IMG/VR virus record: IMGVR_UViG_3300004807_000021
Coordinates: 1-64,000 of that record
Direction: 5' to 3' (one strand)
Length of the DNA stretch: 64,000 bases
Origin: a virus
Made by a program: the position numbers and the translations under genes
Part shown: positions 47,102 through 57,900 of the stretch, piece by piece
Layout of the letters: each line of letters starts with the position of its first letter
Position numbering within the stretch: position 1 is the first letter of the stretch
The notes under the pieces: model-generated
Told to the model about the DNA's origin: nothing
Seen by the model: only the letters and a program-made list of their open reading frames with translations
Database searches by the model: none

Positions 47102-49324
47102 ATGAGTGACTTTTCAAACCTAGTTGACTCTGCAACTACTTCAGTATCTAATGCCGCATCATCTGCTGTAGATTTTGTTAGTTCTGGAGTAGCAGGTGGA
47201 TTATCTGCCATAGCAGGCGCTGCCGGTGGACTTGTTTCCTCGCTTACGTCAGGCATTAAACCATTAAGTGGAATCAAATTACCTTTAGCTAATCCTTTAT
47301 TTGCCTATGCTAGTTACGATTATATTTTAGGCATTGCATCTATTACTAATGAACAGTTGAATAATCCAGATAAAGGTTATATGGGTAACACTTCCAAGTT
47401 TGATTGGATTTGTAAATCAGCTAACATAGATCCCGGCAACCGAGTACAAACTGCCTTTGGAAAATTTGATTTCTATATAGACAAATTAGAAATTAATTCT
47501 AGCATGGGCATGGAGGGTAACAGTTCGTCAAACATGCTGAACATGTCGTTTGATATCATCGAGCCTTACAGTATGGGTATTTTTTTAATGGCAATTGAAG
47601 AAGCCGCTTGGAAAAATAAGCATGACAATTATACAATGGCTCCGTATTTGTTAACTATTGATTTTAGAGGCAACACAGAAACAGGAAAAATTTCCACTAT
47701 ACCTCAAACTAGTAGAAAGATTCCTTTCAAATTTTTGAATATCGAAATGACAGTGAACGAACACGGGTCAGTTTATCATTGCGAATGTACAGCAGCCAAC
47801 GGAGAAGCACACAGCGCACACAACAGTGAAATAAAAACTGATGTAAGTGTAAAAGGTATTACTGTACAAGAAGTTTTGCAAACAGGAGAAAAAAGTTTGC
47901 AAGTGGTTATCAATCAACGACTAAAAGATCAAGTAAAAAAAGGTATTGTAAAAACTCCTGATCAAATTTTTATTCTTTTTCCCAAAGATATTTCTTCTTC
48001 GGCAGCTGGATCAACACAGTCAAAGGGTGAAAATTCGTCTGGAGCAACTATATCTACATCAACAATGTCTGCAATCACACAGCAATTACATTTGGTGCAA
48101 AGCAAAGTTCCAGGCAACAATACATTTGTACAAGATCCTGCCAATGTGAACGAACTTGGCAAAGCCAAAATGGGATTTAGCGACACTAGAAAAGGTGATG
48201 CACCTGTGGGCAAAGACAACAAGGTAATTGACAGTAAAGGCAATGTTATACGCAGTAACAATACTGTAGATCCTAAAATTAGTGACATTAGGTTTAGCCA
48301 AGATACTGATATACCAACAGCAATAAATCAAGTATTGTTAAACAGCGAATATGCATCCAGCGCACTAGGCGAAGCACAAGTAACTAAAGACGGTATGAAA
48401 GTGTGGTGGAGAATTGACACACAAGTTTTTATTGTCAGCGATAATTCTAATGAAAAAACTACAGGTAGACAACCTAGAATTATAGTGTACAGGGTAGTGC
48501 CCTATGAAGTACATTCTACTAAACTTATGGCACCTAATACAAAAGCTTCAGGGTTTACTGAACTTAAAAAACAAATTGTTAAAGAATACAATTACATCTA
48601 TACTGGAAAAAACGTTGATGTTATAAGATTTAATTTAAGTTTCAAAACTTCTTTTGCAGCCATAATGGGAGCAACGGCAATAGATCAAACAGCCGATGCA
48701 AAATTAGCCGACTCAGACAGTGCCGCAGAACCTAAATTAAATAATTCTAATCCTTTGCCAGATGGACAAAAAGCTCAAAAAGGAACAGTTCCGTCACAAG
48801 TTAGATATACTGGCACTAAAACAAAATCAGATAACAAAGGCGGCGGTGGACTTGAAACTCCTAATACCCGTGCGGCTAGACTATTTCACGATGCTGTAAA
48901 TGATCAGTCAGCCATGCAACAGTTAGAGATGGACATAATAGGCGATCCTTACTATATTGCACAAAGTGGCAACGGCAATTATACAGCTAAACCAAGTCAA
49001 TACAAAAATCTCAATAGTGATATGACTATTAATCATCAAAATGGAGAAGTGCATATCGTTATTAATTTTAGAACACCAGTTGATTTGAATCAAGCTACTG
49101 GTTTATATGACTTTGGAAAAAGTACAAAGAGCGCACCTGTATTAATGTGGAGTGGATTTTATCATCTATTAACTGTTACAAGCAAATTTGCTGGCGGACA
49201 ATTTACACAAACGCTTAAAGGCAATCGTGTACCAAGTCAGGAATTCAAAGGTACCGGTTCTGCATCAAATACATTTAACGTTAACGTTCCAGAAAAAGCC
49301 AAAGTACAGGAACCATCTAAATGA
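47102..49324 (+). CDS. Baseplate hub protein (gp27/gpD-like)
   Basis: F.IIEPY near the N-terminus, IIGDPY, and SG.Y.L..V.SKF.GGQFTQ.L at the C-terminus; directly upstream of gp5. Confidence 0.6.
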   Translation: MSDFSNLVDSATTSVSNAASSAVDFVSSGVAGGLSAIAGAAGGLVSSLTSGIKPLSGIKLPLANPLFAYASYDYILGIASITNEQLNNPDKGYMGNTSKFDWICKSANIDPGNRVQTAFGKFDFYIDKLEINSSMGMEGNSSSNMLNMSFDIIEPYSMGIFLMAIEEAAWKNKHDNYTMAPYLLTIDFRGNTETGKISTIPQTSRKIPFKFLNIEMTVNEHGSVYHCECTAANGEAHSAHNSEIKTDVSVKGITVQEVLQTGEKSLQVVINQRLKDQVKKGIVKTPDQIFILFPKDISSSAAGSTQSKGENSSGATISTSTMSAITQQLHLVQSKVPGNNTFVQDPANVNELGKAKMGFSDTRKGDAPVGKDNKVIDSKGNVIRSNNTVDPKISDIRFSQDTDIPTAINQVLLNSEYASSALGEAQVTKDGMKVWWRIDTQVFIVSDNSNEKTTGRQPRIIVYRVVPYEVHSTKLMAPNTKASGFTELKKQIVKEYNYIYTGKNVDVIRFNLSFKTSFAAIMGATAIDQTADAKLADSDSAAEPKLNNSNPLPDGQKAQKGTVPSQVRYTGTKTKSDNKGGGGLETPNTRAARLFHDAVNDQSAMQQLEMDIIGDPYYIAQSGNGNYTAKPSQYKNLNSDMTINHQNGEVHIVINFRTPVDLNQATGLYDFGKSTKSAPVLMWSGFYHLLTVTSKFAGGQFTQTLKGNRVPSQEFKGTGSASNTFNVNVPEKAKVQEPSK

Positions 49325-50841
49325 TGAATGAAGATTATTCCTCACAAGGAACGGAACCAAAACCAGGCCCGTTTTTAGCAAAGGTTGTCAGCAATCTTGA
49401 TCCTACCTACATGGGTATCCTTGAAGTTGAAATTTTAAGACCCGTAGGATCAACTGATAGTGAAACACAACTACATCAAGTAAAATATCTAAGTCCTTTT
49501 TATGGCGTAACCAGTGTAGATTTTACTGGACCTAATAATGATTATCAGGATACACAAAAAAGTTACGGCATGTGGATGGTACCACCTGATGTAGGTACTA
49601 TTGTCATGATAATGTTTGTCAACGGAGATCCTAAGCGAGGTTACTGGTTAGGGTGTGTAATTGATGACACAATGAATTTTATGATTCCAGGTTTGGCTGC
49701 CACACAACAAGTAGTGGGCGGTGCAATAGACACCAATTACGGCAGTGCTAGTCGAGTGCCAACTTCTGAATATAACAAAGCGGCTCCAGACAGTGCCACT
49801 ACAGGAGATCCTGAAAAAAATCTCAAACCCGTTCATCCCTTTGCACAGATACTAAAAAACCAAGGATTGTTGTTAGATGACATTCGTGGAATTACTACCA
49901 GCAGTGCTAGAAGAGAAAGTCCTAGTATGGTATTTGGTATTAGCACTCCTGGCCCAACAGATAAGCAAACAGATGCAAAACGTGCAGACGTTGGTAAAGC
50001 AGAGTGGAAAAGATTAAATGCTCCAGTAAGTAGGCTGGGCGGTAGTACATTTGTTATGGATGATGGAGATGCCAACTGGCTTAGAAAAAAAGCTCCTACG
50101 GATGGTCCTCCAGAATACGCCAGTATTGATAATGGTGATACAGACGGCGATGTTACAAAACCTGCCAACGAACTAATTAGGTTACGTACAAGAACTGGTC
50201 ATCAGATATTAATGCATAATACTGAGGATTTAATTTATATTACCAATAGTCGAGGCACTGCTTGGATAGAATTAACCAGTGATGGTAAAATAGATATCTA
50301 TGCTCAGGACAGCGTAAGTGTTCATTCTAGTAACGACTTAAATTTTTATGCTGATCGAGACATTAATTTTGAAGCAGGCCGCAACGTTAATATCAAAGCC
50401 GCAGAAAGATTTCAATCAGAGTCGGGCAAAGATTATAATGTGATTGTCGGAGGCGATGGCAAACTTACTATTACTGGAAAATATGATGTTCATACTGGCT
50501 CTAGTAACAAATTTACATCAGGCGGAGATACGCATATCATGGCAGCCAATACTGCCATCGATGGCGGTAACATTAATTTTAATTCAGGTGTTGCAACCAG
50601 CGCAGCCAGTGCAACTGCATTGTCTACCATAGACAATCCAACAGAAACTGACGGTACAACAATTACAAGTATAATGGCTCGAATACCAACTACAGAACCT
50701 TATCCGCACCATGAAAATCTAGATGGGTCTTTGTTTAAGCCTGATGCTACTGATAGGGAAAAAGCCTCAGCTATCAGTGTTCCAAAATCTTGGAAAACAT
50801 ATACATCTTCGTCAGATACCTTCTTAAAAGGAAACAATTGA
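49321..50841 (+). CDS. gp5: Baseplate central spike (gp5/VgrG-like OB-fold plus beta-helix)
   Basis: A.V....DP..MG.L.V, YGMW.VPPDVG..V...F.NGD...YWLGC, IRLRTRTGHQI and beta-helix repeats. No lysozyme domain is evident. Confidence 0.85.
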   Translation: MMNEDYSSQGTEPKPGPFLAKVVSNLDPTYMGILEVEILRPVGSTDSETQLHQVKYLSPFYGVTSVDFTGPNNDYQDTQKSYGMWMVPPDVGTIVMIMFVNGDPKRGYWLGCVIDDTMNFMIPGLAATQQVVGGAIDTNYGSASRVPTSEYNKAAPDSATTGDPEKNLKPVHPFAQILKNQGLLLDDIRGITTSSARRESPSMVFGISTPGPTDKQTDAKRADVGKAEWKRLNAPVSRLGGSTFVMDDGDANWLRKKAPTDGPPEYASIDNGDTDGDVTKPANELIRLRTRTGHQILMHNTEDLIYITNSRGTAWIELTSDGKIDIYAQDSVSVHSSNDLNFYADRDINFEAGRNVNIKAAERFQSESGKDYNVIVGGDGKLTITGKYDVHTGSSNKFTSGGDTHIMAANTAIDGGNINFNSGVATSAASATALSTIDNPTETDGTTITSIMARIPTTEPYPHHENLDGSLFKPDATDREKASAISVPKSWKTYTSSSDTFLKGNN

Positions 50842-50842
50842 T

Positions 50843-51277
50843 ATGACCATTTATACTGTTCCACAATTACCACAAAATCAACCTAACAGCCCTGTCAAAA
50901 CACAGTTCTACAGGGGCTTCAGTACTGTTAGCAAAGATACACAAAATTATGCACTATACGATTTTGCACTTATCAAGCAAGACTTGTTGAATAATTTCTT
51001 TGTAAGAAAAGGTGAACGTTTGATGCAACCTGAGTTTGGATCTATAATCTGGGATCTACTGTTTGAGCCATTGACACCTGATGTACAAAATGCAATATTA
51101 GAAAATGTTAACGAGATTTTTAACAGTGATCCTCGTGTTCAGGCAACAAATATTTTAGTTACACCTTATGATAATGGCATACAAATACAATGTGATTTGA
51201 AATATTTTCTATACAATTTGCAAGAATCTATACAATTGAAATTTGATCAAGACAACGGTCTGCTAGGTCCGGCATAA
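50843..51277 (+). CDS. gp25: Baseplate wedge / sheath initiator (gp25 family)
   Basis: IKQDL.N...RKGERLMQPEFGS.IWDLLFEP...DPRV. Confidence 0.92.
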   Translation: MTIYTVPQLPQNQPNSPVKTQFYRGFSTVSKDTQNYALYDFALIKQDLLNNFFVRKGERLMQPEFGSIIWDLLFEPLTPDVQNAILENVNEIFNSDPRVQATNILVTPYDNGIQIQCDLKYFLYNLQESIQLKFDQDNGLLGPA

Positions 51278-51279
51278 AA

Positions 51280-51306
51280 TACGCACTTAATTTGTTTCAA
51301 TAAATA
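51280..51306 (+). promoter_or_regulatory. Late promoter ATAAATA with upstream TACGCACTTAAT element
   Basis: Near copy of 45762-45788 with identical spacing, upstream of gp6. Confidence 0.65.
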
Positions 51307-51325
51307 CAAGTACTAGGAAAAAATA

Positions 51326-54300
51326 ATGAGTTCAACGGACAGACAAAATAATTTATTAGTGTCAGAAAATTGGCAAAAAATCTATCAATCTTTCAAGAAT
51401 GCCGATTTTCAAAGCTATGACTTTGAAAATTTACGTCGTACAATGATTGAATATGTCCGTACAAATTTTCCTGAAGATTTTAATGACTATATTGAGTCTA
51501 GTGAATACCTTGCCCTAATAGATCTTATAGCATTTGTTGGTCAAAGTATAGCGTTCCGTGTGGACTTGAACGCCCGCGAGAACTTTTTAGAGTTAGCAGA
51601 ACGCAGAGAAAGTGTACTACGCTTATCTCGTATGATTAACTACACTGCCCATAGAAACGTTCCAGCAAACGGCCTACTAAAATTCAGTGCAATCAGCACA
51701 ACAGAAACAGTGTTTGATAGCAATGGCAGGAATCTATCAGGACAATATGTTACTTGGAATGATCCTAGTAATTCTAATTGGCACAATCAGTTTATTTCAG
51801 TATTAAATGCCGCATTGCCATCTACTCATCAATTTGGAAATCCTATAGATTCTGCTACGATTTACGGAGTTCCTACAGCACAATATAGATTTAATTCTAA
51901 TCCAACAGAAGTGCCTGTTTATCCTTTTACAAAAAATATTGCTGGTCGTAGTATGAATTTTGAAATCACCAGTACTACATTCAAAAATCAAACTTACATA
52001 TACGAAGAGCCTCCTAAAATAGGAAACGCCTTGGCATTTATATACTCTGATGACGGACATAGTGCAAGTAGTCCAGGCACTGGATTCTTTTTTAATTTTG
52101 TGCAGGGTACTCTAAATCAAAGTACATTTACAATAACAAATCCAACAGCCAATCAAACCATAGATATTAACACACAACAAATTAATGATACAGATGTGTG
52201 GTTATATTCATTAAATCAACAAACTGGTTTAGAAGACACATTGTGGACACAGGTTCCTTCTACATCAGGTAGCAACTCAATCTATAATAGTATTAACAAT
52301 TCTATTAAAAATATTTTTAGTATAATAACTAAAGCACAAGATGCAATAAGTCTTTCTTTTAGCGACGGTACATTTGGTAATTTACCAATTGGAAATTTTA
52401 GAGTTTATTATAGAACCAGTAATGGATTAAACTATACTATCAATGCCAATGATATTGTAAATGTTTTGTTCAGCGTGCCTTATACATCGGCAAGCAACCA
52501 AACAGAAACGTTAACAATTAGTTTAAGTCTAGCAACCAGTGTAATAAATTCAGCACCTTCAGAGTCAAACGCCAGTATTAAGACAAATGCTCCACAGACA
52601 TATTATACTCAAAATCGTATGATTACTGGCGAAGATTATAATATTAGTCCGTTGAGTGCTAATTTACAAATTGCAAAAGTCAAAGCAGTCAACAGAACTA
52701 GTAGTGGTATAAGTAGATATTTTGACTTGCTTGACCCTACAGGAAAATATAGCACAACTAATTTGTTTGGTGATGACGGGATCATATATCAAGAAACATA
52801 CACCTATTCAACAAATTTTTCCTATGTAACTGATTTAGATATTCAAGGTGTAATTGATAATACAATTTATGATATATTAAATTCTCCTGATTTAAGAAAT
52901 TTTTATTACGCAAATTTTTTAGATTATCTTAGTGTTAGTATCAATGCTGCCTGGACTAGCGTTACTATTGACAGTAATACAGTTAGCGGATTTATTAATG
53001 CCCCAGGACAAACTATTCCATATATTGTAGGATCATCTACTGCTACAGATTTGAAATATATTACTCCAGGATCTTTGATTAAATTTATAGCCCCTGCAGG
53101 ACAATGTTTTAATTTAACTACAAACACATTGATAACATCTACAGTAAATTTTGTAGGAAATATTTCTGGTAATACGTTAGTTATAACTAATGTAACTGGT
53201 AATGTTGTTACCGGCATGTCTTTAAGCGGTGGAACAGTTGCCGCTGGAACATATATTGTTTCAGGATCTGGAACAACATGGATAGTAAACAAGTCTCAAA
53301 CAGCAACAGCAACAACTGGATCAATATCAGCAGATAACACAGCCAATTATATATGGGCGCAAGTTGTTAAAGTAACTGACGATGGTACTGCTGGCGGTAG
53401 CGGAGTGTTGACTGACGGATCAGGACCAATCGTATTAGATAAAGTTATTCCATCGAAAGCAATTTTATCTCAGATAATGCCGCAATTTAATAGAACATTA
53501 ACCCCGTCTATTATAACAGCAATGATTGATTTAATTAAGGCAAATGATAATTTTGGTTTGCGATACGATGCATTAACAACTACGTGGCAAATTGTCTATG
53601 CAAATAATTTGAATTCTGTTAACGCATTTAGTCTTGCTAACCAAGGCGATACAACGTTACAAAATTTAGATTCAAGCTGGATTTTATTGTTTACATCCAA
53701 CACAGTACAATATACAATTAACACAAGAAAATTGCGTTATATATTTGAAAGCGATGCAGAACTGACATTCTATTTTGACTCTAATGTGCCAGTATACGAT
53801 AGTACTTCTAGTTCTACAGTATTAGATACTGTTAAAATTCTTAGTGTTAATCCACAACCTGATTTGCCAACTCCTTTCACACAGGATCTTACTTGGCAAA
53901 TTGTATCCGAATATTATGGACAAGATGGCTACATTGATCCTAAGAAGATTGTAGTTACCTTTGCAGATTCAACAGGCAGTGGAGTAGTAGATAATCCTCA
54001 GTTGTTTGTGGATATTGTAAGTCCATTAACAGGTGATGTTACAACCAAATATATTGTAGAAGAAAGATATACAATTTCTTCTGGCCAAGAAGATTACAGA
54101 TATGTAGCCAATGATCCAATATTGGGACCTGTGATAGTATTGCCTTCACAAGGCAATGCTTCTTTTGCATCTTATGCGGACGGTACATATTTTTATTTTA
54201 TAGATACTGCTACAGTTGTTAAACTAAATCTGTCAGGTGTACTAAAATTAGTTCCAACACTTGATTATAAAGTATATGTTGGTCGTTCTAAATTAAAATT

Positions 54301-54967
54301 TCAATATGTACACAGTGCAGACTACGACAGTAGAATAGATCCAGGATCTAGTAATATCATGGATGTGTATGTATTAACAAAAAATTACGATATTGCATTC
54401 AGACAATGGTTGTCATCAGGCGGCACGTTACCGTTACCACCAAGCTCTGATGAATTACATTCGTTGTTATCAACAAATTTAGATTTAATTAAATCTATAT
54501 CAGATGAAATTATATATCATCCAGTCAGTTACAAATTATTATTTGGATCAAATGCAGATCCTAGTGTACAAGCTACCTTCAATGTTATGATCAACCCATC
54601 GGGTACTGCATCCAACTCTGATATTAAAGCAAGAATACTCACAGCTATAAACACATTTTTTAGTTTAGATAACTGGAACTTTGGCGACTCTTTTTATTTT
54701 ACAGAATTATCTACTTACGTTATGAATCAATTAACACCTGACATTATTAATTTTGCTATTGTTCCAACACAGCCAGGATTATATTTTGGCAATTTGTTTG
54801 AAATCCAATGTCCTAGCGATCAGATTTTAATAAGCTCAGCTACTACAGATAATATAGTTGTGGTGTCTGGCTTTACTGGATCTAATCTAAAAACAGTAAC
54901 ACCTCAAAATACAAATTTTTCAAATAATCAATCGGTTACTAGCACAGCGTATGGGGGCAATTTGTAA
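51326..54967 (+). CDS. gp6: Baseplate wedge protein (T4 gp6 family, extended)
   Basis: DF..LR..MI.Y, NE/RE.FL..A..R.SV, FSDG.FG..P and ES..SIK.NAP..Y..QNRMITGEDY. Confidence 0.88.
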   Translation: MSSTDRQNNLLVSENWQKIYQSFKNADFQSYDFENLRRTMIEYVRTNFPEDFNDYIESSEYLALIDLIAFVGQSIAFRVDLNARENFLELAERRESVLRLSRMINYTAHRNVPANGLLKFSAISTTETVFDSNGRNLSGQYVTWNDPSNSNWHNQFISVLNAALPSTHQFGNPIDSATIYGVPTAQYRFNSNPTEVPVYPFTKNIAGRSMNFEITSTTFKNQTYIYEEPPKIGNALAFIYSDDGHSASSPGTGFFFNFVQGTLNQSTFTITNPTANQTIDINTQQINDTDVWLYSLNQQTGLEDTLWTQVPSTSGSNSIYNSINNSIKNIFSIITKAQDAISLSFSDGTFGNLPIGNFRVYYRTSNGLNYTINANDIVNVLFSVPYTSASNQTETLTISLSLATSVINSAPSESNASIKTNAPQTYYTQNRMITGEDYNISPLSANLQIAKVKAVNRTSSGISRYFDLLDPTGKYSTTNLFGDDGIIYQETYTYSTNFSYVTDLDIQGVIDNTIYDILNSPDLRNFYYANFLDYLSVSINAAWTSVTIDSNTVSGFINAPGQTIPYIVGSSTATDLKYITPGSLIKFIAPAGQCFNLTTNTLITSTVNFVGNISGNTLVITNVTGNVVTGMSLSGGTVAAGTYIVSGSGTTWIVNKSQTATATTGSISADNTANYIWAQVVKVTDDGTAGGSGVLTDGSGPIVLDKVIPSKAILSQIMPQFNRTLTPSIITAMIDLIKANDNFGLRYDALTTTWQIVYANNLNSVNAFSLANQGDTTLQNLDSSWILLFTSNTVQYTINTRKLRYIFESDAELTFYFDSNVPVYDSTSSSTVLDTVKILSVNPQPDLPTPFTQDLTWQIVSEYYGQDGYIDPKKIVVTFADSTGSGVVDNPQLFVDIVSPLTGDVTTKYIVEERYTISSGQEDYRYVANDPILGPVIVLPSQGNASFASYADGTYFYFIDTATVVKLNLSGVLKLVPTLDYKVYVGRSKLKFQYVHSADYDSRIDPGSSNIMDVYVLTKNYDIAFRQWLSSGGTLPLPPSSDELHSLLSTNLDLIKSISDEIIYHPVSYKLLFGSNADPSVQATFNVMINPSGTASNSDIKARILTAINTFFSLDNWNFGDSFYFTELSTYVMNQLTPDIINFAIVPTQPGLYFGNLFEIQCPSDQILISSATTDNIVVVSGFTGSNLKTVTPQNTNFSNNQSVTSTAYGGNL

Positions 54968-57900
54968 TGGCTATACCTTCTAAAAGAAATGGATTTAGTG
55001 TAAATTTATTACCTAAATTTTATCAGACCGACGCTAATAAAAAGTTTTTACAATCGACAGTTGATCAATTATACCGTCCAGGTACACTGACAAAAACTAG
55101 CGGATATATTGGCCGAAAAAATGCTAAGGCCAGTACAGGTGAAGATGTTTATGTCAAGGCTGCTGATTCAGTAAGACAAAATTATCAATTAGAACCTGCA
55201 ATCACTATTAAAGATAATTTAGACAATGTAGTATTTTATAAAGATTATATTGATTATATTAATCAACTTTCAGTATTTGGTGGCAATACTAGTAACCACA
55301 CTCGCTTAAACAACCAAGAAATGTATTCTTGGGATCCACATATTGACTGGGATAAATTTGTTAATTTTCAAAACTATTACTGGTTGCCTTATGGCCCTGA
55401 AACCATCACGGTATACGGGCATGAAATTCCATTAGAAAGTTCTTTTTCAGTTCAAGTACAAGCAGAAGGTTCCAACAACCAATACATTTTTACCCCAGAT
55501 GGATTAACACCTAACCCAGTATTGCGACTATACAAAGGTCAAACATACACATTTTATATTGATAGTATTGGTAATCCTTTCAGTATTAAAACTCTAAGAT
55601 CAACAGGCACAACCGATCGTTATATATTTCCAAATGCTATAGACAACTATGCAGTTGAATCAGGAACAATAACATTTGTGGTTCCAATTGATGCTCCATC
55701 AATACTTTATTATCAAAGTGAAACTGATATTAATCTTGGCGGAACCATACAAATATATGCCGCATCAGATGCTACATCTATCAATGTTGAATCTGAAATA
55801 CTAGGAAAAGTTAATTATACGTTGTCTAACGGAACTCCGTTGAGCAATGGAATGAAATTAAATTTCAAAGGACAAGTATATCCAACAAGTTATGCTACGG
55901 GTGAATACTATGTAGAGGGCGTAGGCACTGCTATTAAACTAATCGATTCTAATACTTTAGAAATTATTGGAGCTTATACAACATCTATTAATGTAGAATT
56001 TGATCAAACACCGTTTGATCAAGAACCATTTGATACTGCTAGAGGATACGCAGGCAATTTAGATTATATATTAGTTAATCGAGCCAGTAAGGATCACAAT
56101 CCGTGGAGTCGTTATAATCGATGGTTTCATAAAGATGTAATTTCTACAAGTGCTATGTATAATGGCAATAATCCGTCGTTAGATCAAACACTTAGAGCAA
56201 AAAGACCTATCATAGAGTTTTCAGCAGATCTACGACTTTTCAATTTTGGCACAGTTGCAACTGTGGATGTTGATTTAGTTGACAGCTTCACTACAACAGC
56301 GTTTGCAACTATAGAAGGTGCCGCTGGATATAACATCGACGGAGTTACAGTACAAGCAGGTATGCTGATATTATTTACAGCAGACACTGATCCACTAGTT
56401 GCTGGTAAAATTTTTCAAGTAGAATACATTGATGTGTTACATTTAGATACCGGAAGCAATCAATTGCATCTAGTAGAAGTAGCATCTCCAATGAAAGATC
56501 GAGTGGTGTTAGCACGTCAAGGCATTACTAATCAAGGAAGCATGTACTGGTACAATGGTACCAACTGGACAAAAGCACAACAAAAAACGTCAGCTAATCA
56601 GCCGCCACTATTTGATATTTACGATTCTAACGGATTTAGTTACGGCGACTCATCTGTTTATTCTGGATCAACATTTAAGGGAACTGCGTTGTTCAGTTAT
56701 GCTACTGGTTCGGGTACTAACGATTTAGTTCTAGGATTTCCTTTACAATATCAAAATGTAAGTAATATAGGTGATATTGTTTTTAATTTTAACCTAGCAA
56801 TAGATACTTTTCAATATAAAAATCTAAACACTAATTCACTAGAATCTAAAGCCATCGATGTAGGATTTTTATCCAGTTTAGATTATTCTAACAATACTAT
56901 CTATTTGAACGGCTGGCAATTGTGCAAGACTAAAAATCTACAAGCCGCAATTAGAATCTATGATAATTCTGGATTAGTAAATAATTTTCCAGTTGATATC
57001 TATGACAATATAAACAATTTAACAGATCTCGAAGTTAAAATTTATGTAAACGGACAGAGACTTGATAAATCTTTATGGTCAATAGTTGCTAAAAACACAT
57101 ACTATCAGGTAGTATTAAACAAAGATCTAGCACCAACTGACATACTAACAATTAGAGCTTTTTCAGATCAACCAATAAATTCAAACGGATTTTATGAAAT
57201 TCCGTTAAATCTACAAAACAATCCGTTGAATGATGATATTGGTAATTTTACACTAGGTGAAGTAATTGACCATGTCAACAGTATTGTTGATAATACAGCA
57301 TCATTTTCTGGAAATTTTCCAGGAGCAAGCAATCTTCGCGATTTAGGAAACATAACACAATACGGTACAAAGTTTGTTCAACACAGTGGTCCTTTAAGTC
57401 TTGCAGTATATCATATTACAACAGAATCAAACAATGTTGTCAAAGCGTTGACACAAGCCAAAACTGATTATAGTGATTTCAAAAGACTTTTTATAAACAC
57501 TGCCAGTTCTTTAGGTGTACATACTGATCCTGTACAATTTGTAGAATTAATAATGACAAAAATTAATTCTAACAAACCTAAAGTGGCTCCTTACTATTTC
57601 AGCGATATGGTTCCGTACGGCGCCAATGTTAAAACTGACCTGTCTGTAGTTGATTATAGAATTAAAAAATATCCGTTAAACAACACATTTAATTTAACAA
57701 CGCTTTCAAATAAAGCAGTTGGGGTATATCTAAACAATTCACAATTATTATATGGAACTCAATATATATTTGATGACCAAGGCTTCATTGAAATATCATC
57801 GAGCGTGTCATTAAGTAACGGTGATATTATTACAACTATAGAATATGATAGTACAGACGGTAGTTTTGTTCCAGCCACTCCAACTAAATTAGGGTTATGG

